NCBI GenBank assembly: GCA_976551045.1
Contig: CDPCPM010000028.1
Location: forward strand, 7,130,001-7,194,000
DNA: 64,000 nt
Source: Glaucostegus cemiculus
Taxonomy: Eukaryota
Reading direction: 5' to 3'
Shown here: in pieces, positions 49,880 through 61,731 of the stretch
Layout: every line of letters begins with the position of its first letter
Position numbering within the stretch: the first letter of the stretch is position 1
The notes under the pieces: model-generated
What the model was told of the DNA's origin: nothing
The model's database searches: none
The model's input: the letters and a program-made list of their open reading frames with translations, nothing else
Position numbers and translations under genes: made by a program

Positions 49880-51619
49880 CACCTCACTAACCTCGACCAC
49901 CTAAATTGCTCCAACAATACTCAAAATAAGCTTGAAGGCCTCAAGGCTCTCCGCTTCTTTCTTGGTAACAGACCCACCAGTTCCACTCCACCACCACTCT
50001 CCTCCATCTGGCAGAACTGGTACTCAGCCATAACAACTTCTTTCAGCTCCTCCCACTTTCTGCAGACCAAAGGTGTAACCACTGGCACTTGCATGGGCCC
50101 CAGCTACGCCTGCCTCTTTGTTGGCTACAGGGAACAATCCATGTTCCAAGCCTACACCGTTAATGCTCACCGACTCTTTCTCCGCTACAATGACGACTGC
50201 ATTGGTGCTGCTTTCTGCAGCCATGTGGAGCTCATCAATTTCGCCATCAACTTCCAACCCGCCCTCAAATTCACTTGGTCCATCTCCGACACCTCTCTCC
50301 CTTTTCTTGATCTCCGTCTCCATCTCCAGAGACAGATTATCTATCGACATCTTTTACAAATGCACTGACTCCCAGTTACCTTGACTACACCTCTTCCCAC
50401 CCTGTCACTTGCAATGATGCTACTCCCTTCTCTGTTCCTCTGTCTCTGCCCGCATCTGTTCTCATGACGAGACTTTCCATTCCAGGACATCGGAGATGTC
50501 CTCTTTTCAGAAAATGGGGTTTCCCCTACATTGTTATCAATGCAGCCCTCATCCACATCGCCTCCATTTCCCGCATGTCTACCCGCACCTCATCCCCCTC
50601 ACCTACCCTCCCATGAGCCTCCATATCCAACATACCATTTTCTGCAATTTCCGGCATCTACAATAGTACCCCACCACCAAGCAAATTGTCTCCTCCCCTC
50701 CCCGCTTTCTGCAGGGATCGCTCTCTCAGCTCATCCCTCCCCACTGATTCCCCCTCCCGGCATTTATCCCTGCAAACATCCCAAATGTTAAACATGCCCC
50801 TACACCTCCTCTCTCGTCACCATTCAAGACCCTAAACAGTCCTTCCAGGTGAGGCAGTCCTTTGCATGCGAATCCACCAGTGTCTCTTATTGCATCCAGT
50901 GCTCCTGGTGGGGCCTCCTCTACGTCGACGAGATCCGACACAGATTGGGAGAAATCACTTCGTCGAGCATCTTGGCTCTGTCCGCTTTACTAGCCAGGAT
51001 CTCCCGGTAGCCAACCATTTTAATTCCACTTCCCATTCCCACACTGATGTGTCTGTCCACGGCCTCATCTACTGCCAAGTTGAGGCTAGACGCAGATTAG
51101 AGGAACAATTCCATCTTGGTAGTCTCCAACCTGACAGCATCAGCATCGATTTCTCTAACTTCCAGTAACTACACCCCTCTGCTGCCTACACCCCACTTTG
51201 TTTTCCCTTATTACTCTAGCCTCCTTACTCCACACCTTCCCCCCCCCTCACCCTCATGACCTGCCCATCAGCCACACCTTCCTCCCTCTGGTTCCCCACC
51301 TCTTTCCTTTTATTCCATGGTCGACTGTCCTCTCCTATCAGATTCAGTCTTCTTAAGCCCTTTGCCTCCTCCATCTATCACCTTCCAGCTTCTCACATCA
51401 TTCCCACCTCCCTCCCCCCCACCCATCTATCTTTCCTCCTCACCTGATTCATTTATCATCTGCCAGCTCATGTTCCTCCCCTCACCCTTCTTTCCAGTCC
51501 TGATGAAGGGTCTCCACCCAAAACTTTGACTGTTGATTTTCCTGCCTGACCTGCTGAATTCCTCTTGCATCTTTTGTGTTGCTCCAGATCTCCAGCATCT
51601 GTAATCTTTCTTGTGTCTC
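49880..51619 (+). mobile_element. Penelope-like retroelement, 5'-truncated (RT plus GIY-YIG, decayed)
   Basis: MGPSYACLFVGY, FLRYNDDCIG, LKFTWSISDTSLPFLD; GIY-YIG region (YCIQCS..GLLYV; PVANHFNS.SHS; LEEQ...LGSLQP); CT-rich pLTR with a CTGATGA motif. Confidence 0.92.
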
Positions 51620-51960
51620 TTGAACAGCAACTCACCTTCCATTTGGATATGCTGAAGCCCTTGGGACTGAGTACTGAACTTAATAATTTCAAGCAAGCGC
51701 TCTGTTTTTGCCCTCCTCTACAATTGTGGTTATCTCAAATTTGTTTCATTTTTCTTTTCCATCCCGAAGAGCCAGTTTTTAAAAGTAATTGTTACCTTAA
51801 TAACTTTAATCTACACCCTATCACAGACATCGCCTGTTCTCTCCACCCTGCCTCCTTTTATCATATTTATCACTTCTCCAGTTCTGCTGAATGGTCTTTG
51901 ACCCAAAACATTGATGCTGCTTGGGCTGCTGGGTCTTTTCAATATATTCTGGTGGTGTTC
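51620..51960 (+). mobile_element. Second, older Penelope-like 3' fragment in tandem
   Basis: EQQLTFHLDMLKPLGLSTELNNF resembles a PLE C-terminus; decayed tail TTCTGCTGAATGGTCTTTGACCCAAAACATTGATGCTGC. Confidence 0.6.
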
Positions 51961-52059
51961 CATAAAATCATGATCTGTAATTTGCATGTGCATAGGATAT
52001 TATAATCATCATTCTGTAATGTGATGCCTTGTCAGTTATCTTTCCCAGATAGATGAACA

Positions 52060-52391
52060 CACAGTGGCACAGCTGGTTGTGCAGATGCCTCACAGCTCCA
52101 GCCACCCAGGTTTGATCCCAACCTCTGTTGCTACCTGGAGTTTTCATGTTCTCCTTGAGACTGTGTAGGTGCCCCTCGAGTGCTCCAGATTACTCCCACG
52201 TCCCAAAGGGATGCTATTTGATTTGATAGATTAATTGTTTATTTAAATTACTTAGTGTACATGGGTAGTAGTAAAATCATACTGAAATTAATAGGCACAT
52301 GAAAGAAAACAGGTTGAGAAGGAAAAGTGTGATTGTTATGAGAGTCAGCATTAACTCAATGGACTGAATAGCCTCCTTTTTGTTGTAAGGC
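52060..52391 (+). mobile_element. HE1/V-SINE-like SINE, diverged
   Basis: CAGTGGCACAGCTGG...GCCTCACAGCTCCAG...CAGGTTTGATCC head, V-domain, ATGGACTGAATAGCCTCCT tail. Confidence 0.75.
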
Positions 52392-52584
52392 AATATGAGA
52401 AAGTACCACAAAAACACAATTCTCTTCAAAAGTACATGCTTAATTCTTAATGCTCTTAATTATCTTCAAAAGTACATGCTGCAATTTACTTTGCTTTACT
52501 CAAATCTAATATTGTGAAAAATTAAGTTCCAAGGATGCTTCAATAATGAAATTCCTATTTTTACCTGAAGTTCTTTAAACTTAC

Positions 52585-52794
52585 CCACACTTTTTTCCAC
52601 ACTAACTATCTTTGCACAGGGTACTTCTCCTAGTTCAGTGAGCATGTATAGCACCTCTAATGCAGAGATGACCAGCAGCATATCAGGTAACGTTAGATGG
52701 CATATGATCTCCTTATAGGACTCCTGATCCACATATTCACATATCAAGTCTGCATTATCTTCAGCTCTACACAGGTTTCCTAGTATTTCCATAC
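52585..52794 (-). CDS. ARID2: ARID2 exon 10 (ARM-like region)
   Basis: [59 protein letters not shown]; AG/GT, 210 nt. Confidence 0.97.
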
Positions 52795-52812
52795 CTAGAA
52801 ATATTTTATAAG

Positions 52813-53098
52813 AGATATCTTTATTAGTCACATGTACATCAAAACTTACAGTGAAATGCATCTTTTGTGTATAGGGTTCTGGGGTCAGCCTGCAAGTATC
52901 ACCATGCTTCAGGCACAAACAAAGCATGCCCACAACTTCCTAGTCCGTATGTCTTTGGAATGTGGGAGGAAAAACCGGAACACCCGGAGGAAACACGCAC
53001 AGACACGGGGAGAATGTACAAACTCCTTACAGACAGCGGCCAGAATTGAACCTGGGTTGCTGGTGCTGTAATAGCATATGCTGACCGCTACACTACCA
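52813..53098 (-). mobile_element. Younger V-SINE-like SINE, full length, sense to ARID2
   Basis: Head GGTAGTGTAGCGGTCAGC...CCCAGGTTCAATTC, V-domain, tail GATGTACATGTGACTAATAAAGATATC. Confidence 0.88.
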
Positions 53099-53167
53099 AT
53101 TACACAAAACACAATAGGTATGTACAAAACTAAAAAAAATTATGAAACTTTTATTGAAGTTGTTTAC

Positions 53168-53264
53168 CTCTTATCTTCAAACACTTGTCACAGGAAAATA
53201 GACATTTTGTTACTGTATGAAAAATTAGATGTGTACTTTTAAAATCAATAGGATCCAACTGAAG
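53168..53264 (-). CDS. ARID2: ARID2 exon 9
   Basis: [32 protein letters not shown]; AG/GT, 97 nt. Confidence 0.95.
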
Positions 53265-55089
53265 CTGTAATATTAAAAACAAAAAAGTCAAATTAATATG
53301 ATGTAAGATTAGAATGCAATCTTTTATCCGACTATCCATTTTCAATTGTACATGTGATGTGGGTGTCACATAACTGATTGTAAATGCCATACTTAATTGC
53401 CATTGGGCTTCAAACCTTGTTAAGCAACAGCAAGAATAGAAAAAAAAAACCTCAAAAGTGAATCAGACGGTTCAAGTAGGACTTTTAATGTCCAACTTCA
53501 TCATCAAATTAAAATTTAAAAGAAAAGTTGTATTTGTTCTGGTGCTTACCAGAATTAAATCACAGACAACCACTGTTGTCTTTAATCATTTGCAGAAATC
53601 ATCTGACACAGCTTTAAAAAAAATAACAATATTTAATACAAGAGGCCAGACTACCATGAGCTGAGAAAAGTTCAGTGTAATGGGATGGATGCTGCTGCAG
53701 TTAATAACACTCACCATTAATTATGTGGGAATGGGACAGCAAATTCAGCCAAGGAGCTCTGCATTTTAATGCCAACATCCAAAATCCCATCCAAGTTGTC
53801 TCCTGCTTTGCCGAAAGGCCACCTCACTCCCTCGATTTATTGTAACATTTGTTGGATGTATAAACTCACATAAATGACATCGACCCATTAACCATATGAT
53901 CAATTCCAACCACAAGTATAATTTCAATGACTAAGCAAATGGTTGGTATCATAACCATCTTTGATAGTGTTGGATATTAAGTAAGCAATCTTATTTGTTC
54001 AATGTGCTAGCACTCACTCACACTTACACCAACTTTCCAGGCAAAGAAGTTATAGACTAAACAATGAAGTGCACATTTAACAGTAAATGCTGTTAGATGC
54101 CCTGCTATTGCAAAATGTATATTGTTAGACTGTAACTTTTGACATCACAATATATGATTCTATAATCAAACAAAACAAGATCAAGGACATTACTGCTAGA
54201 AGGCCATGACCTACTGCAGTGGACGTAGACATCCCTGCCTGCAGTTTTTGGGATGCTAATAAATTAGAATTTTGCTGAAAGGCTTTTTTTCCTCTGGATG
54301 ATGGTGGCATTCAACCTTAACTTGAGCTTCCAGTTCAATGTAAGGATTTGCGGGAAAAGTCAAAATGTTCTTAAAGCACAACGCTATTGCATGGTTTCTT
54401 TTCTCAGATCCTTAAGCCCATCTAACTAACAATAAATGCAAGGAACCCGAGGACTAGTCACCACAGCCGAAACCAGCTGTTCAGCTGGCATTACTTCCAA
54501 TATCTTTGCTTTCCAATCAAAACCACTTTTCCTGCCAGCCTTCACCTGGTTCCACTCGATCTAAATAATTCATGTTGTGTGTTAGTTTCCCTCAATTTCA
54601 AAGCTGATAAAATCAATCATTCTCACCACCAAAGCAACTCCTGTTCTGTCCTTGAAAGTGGCACATCTCATATTTCCACTTTTTTTTAATTCAAAGCTTT
54701 TAGCATCTTGCTATTTCCCAAATGTCCCAATTTCCATCAACCCCATTCCTGAAGTGCTAAAACTATGTGGCCAAAACAGACCTAACCAAGGTCACAAATT
54801 ACAGTATATTCCCTGTAAATGCGACAATGATACATTATCACCATGTATTAAAAAAGGCAAAGAGGGTAAGAATAATCAAACCTGGACATTTTTTTCATAT
54901 TAAAAACAATATACAAGTGTAAGTAGTTTGTATTGCATGCCCCTCGCTGTCAGGTACATTTTAATCTAAATAAAAGCAAGGAGAACACAACAAACTCCTA
55001 CAATTTATTGATATAGATGGCTTTACATTTATTCTCTCTCTCCACTTTACTGCTACCCAAAATTGCATTTGGCTGGACAGCACAAGTTC

Positions 55090-55938
55090 CACACTATAGG
55101 CTACAAAGGTATTTGGGTGGATTAAGTGAGTGGGCAAAGATCTGACAAATGGAGTATAATTGGATAAAAGTGAAATTATCTATTTCAGCAAGAAAAATTA
55201 GAAAAAAATATTCTCTAAATGGTAACTATCAAGACACAGAGAGATCTGGATGTCCTAGCGTACAATTCACTAAAGGCTGATATGCCAGTACACCAAGTAA
55301 TTAGAAAAGTTAATGGATCATTTATTGAGAGAGGAATTCAATACAAAAGTATGGAGATTATGCTCGAGTTATACATGTAATTCTTGACAGCACATCTGGA
55401 GCACTTACTAAAGTACAGGGGGTCAATTCAAATTTGATTGATACCTGGAAATGAAGGAATCGTCTCATTAGGAGAGGTTGGACTGGATAGGCATATATCT
55501 ACTGGAGTTGAGAAAGATGAGGTACAACTTAATAGAAACATACAAGAAAATGAGAGGCACAAGAGACTGCAGATGCTGGAATCTGAAGCAAAAATCAAAA
55601 TGCTGGAATGAATAGTCAACATTTAGGATGGAAACCCTACACCTGGACTGACGAAGGGTCTCCATCCAAAATGTTGGCTGTCCATTTCCCTCCCCAGATA
55701 CTGCTTGACCAACTGAGGTCCTGAGAGATCTTAACAGAGTGGATGTGGAAACTATGTTTCATATTGTGGGAGAACTTAGAAAGAGGGTCACAGTTTCAAA
55801 TACAGGGTCACCCATTTGAGATAGTTTTTTATTCTCCAAGGGTTAAAAGTCTTTGAAATACTCTTCCTCAAAGGGTGCTGGAAACAACTTTTCAAAGAAG
55901 TTTAAAGCAGAGAGAGACAGATTCCTGATAAGCAAGGG
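55090..55938 (+). mobile_element. Old CR1 LINE 3' part, interrupted by nested insertions
   Basis: TTAAGTGAGTGGGCAAAGATCTGACAAATGGAGTATAA, AGAGAGATCTGGATGTCC, TATCTACTGGAGTTGAGAAAGATGAG. Confidence 0.75.
55557..55721. mobile_element. Palindromic PLE-tail-derived element nested in CR1
   Basis: Flanked by TGAGAG direct repeats (55551-55556, 55722-55727); internal hairpin 55613-55638 / 55655-55680. Confidence 0.75.
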
Positions 55939-56205
55939 TCAGAGTCATAAGGCACTACAGCACAGAAACAGGACTTTCAGCCCATCTTGTCCATGATAGT
56001 CTGGTCTTCTGCCTAATCCCATCTACCTGCACCTGAACCACATCCCTCCCATCCACGTGCCTATCCAAACTTCTCTTAAATGTTACAATTGAACCTACAT
56101 CCACCACTGCCACTGGCAGCTCACTCCACACTCGCACCACCCTGAGTGAAGTAGTTCCCCCTTAGATTTCCCTTAAATATTTCACCTATGACCTCTAGTT
56201 CTAGG
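55939..56205 (-). mobile_element. CR1 LINE 3' tail nested in the older CR1
   Basis: CAGAGTCATAAGGCACTACAGCACAGAAACAGG...CTGGCAGCTCACTCCACACTCGCACCACC. Confidence 0.8.
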
Positions 56206-56642
56206 TTGAAAAGTTTTCATGGTTAGGCAGGTATGCAGGCCTTAGGTCATACGACAGCAAGAGTCGTACTAATTTTAAGCAAGCTACGAAAGGAGAAAGC
56301 AAAGGCATTGGCTGATTAGAGACATTATGGCGTGACAAGGGCAGGATCCAGGATATTCAACTGTTGGTGAAGGTTTGAACAAATTCTTTAATAAAGCCTA
56401 AGTCACATGCTCATTAAGTAGAAATGAAGGAAGCCTGTTATTCTTTTTAAGTAAAAACTACTTTTGCTCATACCATGTGCAGAATGTTTTAAGGCAAGAA
56501 AATGTAAAACCTCCCATTATTGGCATGTGTTTTTATTTGAAAAATACTTTTAGCATTTTGCAATTTTAAATTACATTTTATAAGAGCAAAGAATGTTTAC
56601 AACTTCAATAACTGAAATATATAAATCCATACAAGTTCATAC

Positions 56643-56893
56643 CTCAGCTGCAACGTTACCCAATGTGTCTAGCCCCAGTTGCTTGAGAGAAGCATAGTGA
56701 CAATGGGAACACAACAACAGAAAGCGGATGCACGTGCGGTGAGCTGCCAGTAACTTCGCATTTCCTTCTTCAAATGACAAATTGCGAAGGATTATTGCTA
56801 TCTGAAGCACCCGTTGTCCCTCAACATCATTAATGCCAAGTTTATGAGAAGGGTGGAATAAAGACATCACCACATCCATTTCTATATCTGTGC
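56643..56893 (-). CDS. ARID2: ARID2 exon 8
   Basis: [45 protein letters not shown]...[13 protein letters not shown]; AG/GT, 251 nt. Confidence 0.97.
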
Positions 56894-57233
56894 CTAAATT
56901 GGACAGAAGTTCATAGATATTAATGACAAATCTGGTTACATAGTCAAAATGAAAACTTATACCAAAAGAAAGAACAATTTCTGTGTGTTCCTTCAGTCTC
57001 TTTGGGAATAGTCACTGATTTGCTCAGCGTTCCTCCTCTCCCCACCTCCCCCAGTAATGCAACAGATTAGGAACAGAAAAATGAAGGAAAGACATTTATA
57101 AGTGAATTAATTATTTCCTCCCGCACATCCATAACATTATACAGCCGAATTGATTACTCACAATAAATAACATCATTTTTTTCAGACAAACATTGGTTTC
57201 AGCTGTTGAGCCTGCAAAAATGGTTTCACTAAC

Positions 57234-57303
57234 CTTGTGATCCATTGTTCCTAAAAATAATGAGCTCTCGTATTTCATTATCTTCAATATTGTCTTTCCA
57301 AAA
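57234..57303 (-). CDS. ARID2: ARID2 exon 7
   Basis: FWKDNIEDNEIRELIIFRNNGSQ; tag acceptor, G|gttagt donor, 70 nt. Confidence 0.92.
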
Positions 57304-60039
57304 CTATGGAAGTCAAGACACAAGACGCATTTTTAATTACACTTTTCTAAACAAATTTCTAATTAGCATTTAATTAAACTGTACACACAGTGAAAATGCA
57401 TATAAGAGCTAAGCCACAAATTCATGAGTTGTTTAAAGTGTGCCTAAGAATTACATATCATGCTCAGGTATTTAATGTGACATTTTGGAAGCTTTCCTTT
57501 TTAAAAGTATAGGAGGATCATCTAGCAATGCAGCGGCTTAATTTTGCATGACTGTTGATAGTTATCATTCCCCAGATTAAATCAATAATCTATGTTCTCC
57601 TGTTATAGTTTAGGGTTTTAAATATATTATGTTAACAGAAGCATTTATGGTAAATTATTAAAAATTTCAGGAAGCCTAGAAACCTAGAACTCAATTAAAT
57701 TCCTTCTAATTGGAACTACTAAAAGTGTGAAACATTGCCCATAGCATTGGCCAAATAAATACATTCACATCCTACCTAATCACCAGGGAAAAGTCTGCAG
57801 GGTTTAAAAAAAACAAACAACATGTGCAACATTCCAGTGGAAAGAGTTGTACTAAAAATTTTTAAACAAAACTCACTTCCATTAACAAGCAATGAATGTA
57901 CAATGGCCTGACAAAAATCTTTTTGGAAACTTTGAAACTGGAAAAGGCTTCCCTGTTGCACACTGAAACAAAAGAAATTCTTTTTCAAGAAAGAAATGGG
58001 GGCCTTTTCAATTAATTAGCATTGCAAAATATTAAATTGCCAAGGTACCCCAGCAAGATACAGTTTTCAAATACTCTTCAAATTTTCAAACTTTGTAGCA
58101 TAAATACCATGGCTCAGAAAGCAAAATTCACCATCAACTTTGGACTAATCAAGATTGTTCTCACTTGTACTTTTTCTGAATTTTGCAATTGATTCAATTT
58201 GGTAATTTAAATTCAGGAAAATCCATAAGGAAGAATGATTTCTAAAATAATTCAAAGAACAAGATATCCCAAATTGAAGGCCGCACTCAGTGACAAAATC
58301 TAAAGTCAGTCAATTGTTCCAGCAGAATGCAAGATATTGATTGCCAATTCCAGATCAAATATAATCTTGCATTTTCCCAATCTTGAACTGGTTGTTAACG
58401 CACATCCTAATTAGCTCATTCATGCTCTGCCTTAATTAACTGAGTTTAGTTATCTCTATTGAAAGGGAATTCAAAATAAGGTAAACAATACAAGAAGGGC
58501 AACAAGGTTATGAAAAAAAGTTCTAATTTTATTATTTGCTGAACCATTCTGTCTTTTCTAACATTTAATCCTAAACCAATAACTTTGCTTTATCACTACC
58601 ATTTAATCAAGGTCTACATGTCAAATATTTCACCTGACATTAATTAGTCATGGAGTAATGAAAAACAAATTGTAGATATCTACTCTTAAATATTAGCTCA
58701 ATGGCAAGACATTTGACAGAAAATGTTAGGATTTGTTTTATATCCGTTTATGAGAAATCAAAATTAATCAGTAGTGAATGCTAGCTCTTAAAGACAAATA
58801 CTATCCATATCCTGTTAAATAAAGCAAAACTTAACTTCTGCTTCAAACAATCAGAAGTTAAAGAAATCGATTGATAACATTTGACTGATGGGTCCTGAAA
58901 GAGATTCAAAATTTAGCTTAGTATCCATTTTAAAAAGGTCAGTATTTTATATATGCATGTACGTCATCATAAATGCATGGAAAGCTTTCCAAATTGCTTT
59001 TCAGACAAGTTTTTTAAAAAATGGAGGGTCATCAATCCTTCACTTAAATATTAAAAAAAAGCACTTCTACTGTGAAAGCAAAAGTGCAAAACTAATAAGG
59101 CAATCAAGAGCCAATATGAACAATGAAGAAATCAGGTATTTTTAGAATATTTAAAATTACTAAAGCAAGGCTTAAAACCTGGTTTCAACTTTACACAAAA
59201 TCTGCACCATCCAGAAACAATGCCCACCATGCAGGAATTTCTAAAACACATAAAACCCAGCTTGTGAAAATCCTGCTAACTGAAGAAAATGTGGTGGCAA
59301 GTTCCAAATTATGGGGAATTACTTGAAATGCACAAACCAAATATAATTTCATTATACTGCATTTAAGTTTGTCAAAATTAGCTAGCAAAACTCACAGGCA
59401 AAGATGTGCCAAATGTATTAAATATTAAAACCATATACATTGGTTGGAACCAGCTGAGCTCAAAATTTTGTTACAAAAGTTCAAAATACATTACCTTTAC
59501 ACATGTACCATTCCAAATAAAACCTTGTGTTTTATATTTAATAAAAAAAAAGCTTAAGAGCAAGAAATCCTGCTAGCAGGCAAACCTTCATAGGTAGCAC
59601 GTTACTTAAAAGACATGATCTTTGGGAGACATTTTCAGTTCCCCCACCACCACACACTTATAAAACTTTGTTATTTATCTGCAATGGATGTTGACAATGT
59701 AGACAGCAAAATGAATGGAAACGTCAACCTTTTTTGTCCTTACCATAATTTAAATAAGTAGTATAATGTCTTAATAATTCTCTTGTTTTAAAGTTTAATC
59801 CATTGAAATTTATGAAAATTTTACTTGGAATGGGCATGCAACATTTAATTAGGTATTCTGAATTCCTGTGAAAGAAAATTCTGTGCCTAACTTGTTCAGA
59901 CAATTCACACACTCAATTTTAATTCTGAAGTGTTTGGTTGAGTGATTGAACCCCTCATCTCTAGCTCCGTCATTTAGTTATTGAATAAAGTAACATTACG
60001 GAAATTAAATCAGTCAACTTGTATTTTTAATGATCTGAT

Positions 60040-61150
60040 GCAAAATTAAATTGAAGACATTGTACACGGAATCTATTAATCAGGTCATACTGAAGTTTAT
60101 ATTCTACAAGAGCCACCACCTACCCATCCTCATTTAACACACCCTTTATTAACATAACTTTTCAATTCTTTCTCAACCATTCTATGTGACAGCAAGTTTT
60201 ACATATCAATTATATTCAATGACAACAGCCTCTTCTAAAATTCCTCACCAAATTTCTCTCTTGCCTTTCCTAGAGAAAAAGCTAGTTTGTTGAAACTTCC
60301 AATCAGAATAATCTATCAACTGCTCCATGATAAAACACTTTTTTGCATCCTTCTCATTCCTCCATACTGATTTTTTATAATATGGAGATCAAAAATGTTC
60401 ACACAATGCCTTGTGTATGGCAGTTCAATACAAGTTGAATATTTTTTTTATTTCAGGAAATAATGCCCTGCGCATTGAATGACTTTAAAAAAGTATTAAC
60501 TAGTAAGAGACGCAACTATATACTCAGACCTCCCTGTTCTTCAAGCTATCTAGGCACTTTCACAGCCTTGCCATACTTTTCTATAGTTCATTTGCCAATT
60601 ATATGCCCTTTTCCCAAGTTCACTAACATCTCTTTGGCATAGGCTTCTTCTATATTAGTACCCTTACTCAAATAGATGATCTTTAGATTCTGAAAAATTC
60701 CTTTTGATTCTCAAGTCCAAATCAACATGAATCATCTACCCCTTTCTAGCAGTATATGTAAACTACCTTTTATGCTTACTTTCTGACCTCTTATAACCAT
60801 CTGACTTTCCACAGCTGCTTGTCTCCCAACTTGGTATGTAGTCTTTTATGCAATATTTTACTTTAAGCCTCCAGAAAATCTAAATATACATTCACTACAT
60901 TACCTTCATCCAATTTTTCTTTAACAATCAAGGATGACCTTCCCTTTTTTTAAATCTATATTTACATTATCAGTTTCTATACTTATACCTATCACACCTT
61001 AGCTTTGAATGACAATTTCCTAAACTTTCCTACCACCAATGTCAAGCTATTTGGTCTATATTTCTTGGCTAGATATTAGACCCCCTAGTAAGTACAGCAA
61101 ATCACATTATCTATCCACCAATGTTCTGAAACCATTCCCTTTTCTAATTA
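60040..61150 (-). mobile_element. Highly decayed CR1 LINE
   Basis: Scattered CR1-like motifs (TAATATGGAGATCAAAAATGTTCACACAATGCC; TCCAGAAAATCTAAATATACATTCACTACATTACC). Confidence 0.5.
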
Positions 61151-61663
61151 ATTTTCACACTTGTACAAGTAGTTGCACTCTCTCATACACAAGTATGCAT
61201 GCATTAAATGCATACCAGGATGAGGGCCCTCCACTTCTTCCTTGAAGAGAGGCCCAACCAGTTCATCTCCACCAAGATCCTCATTCACCTGGTCAAGTTA
61301 GGGATGGTAATTCAAACAATCTCAATGCACTGTGCCCATCTCTCTCTTTCGAAAAGCTTTTTGAATTTGCAATTAGTGCCAATGACAGATCTCTGCCTAA
61401 CACTACACAACCTAGGGTCCTGGGTTAGCAATGAGTGATGCCCAGGAACCCAGATGGACAGCTGGGAGAGTGCCATCTACACCCACAGCACTACTGCTGA
61501 ATGGGTCCTTTCAAGGATTTAGGGTTATTCTGGAATTCCCAGGAAGTAAAAAACCTTTTAAGGTTAAAATTTAAAAAGTGGAAGGTCTGAATCACATCTT
61601 AATTTCATGTTATAAGCCGTTCACAATTTAAATTATTCCTGTACAAATCTATTATTTTTTTAC

Positions 61664-61731
61664 CTTAATAAAATTTCTGCCTGTTTTTTCTTTCCACTCT
61701 GTTCCAAATACAGAAGACAAAGTTCCCAAAG
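61664..61731 (-). CDS. ARID2: ARID2 exon 6 (gene continues beyond the window)
   Basis: LGTLSSVFGTEWKEKTGRNFIK; cag acceptor, AAG|gtaaaa donor, 68 nt. Confidence 0.93.

Noticed and set aside
52423-52480. 18-bp direct repeat with a 22-nt spacer, superficially CRISPR-like
   Set aside because: Only two copies, eukaryotic intron, spacer built from local CTTAAT slippage; a local duplication
59191-59388. 65-aa minus ORF considered as ARID2 exon 6
   Set aside because: No ARID2 similarity; the true exon 6 is at 61664-61731
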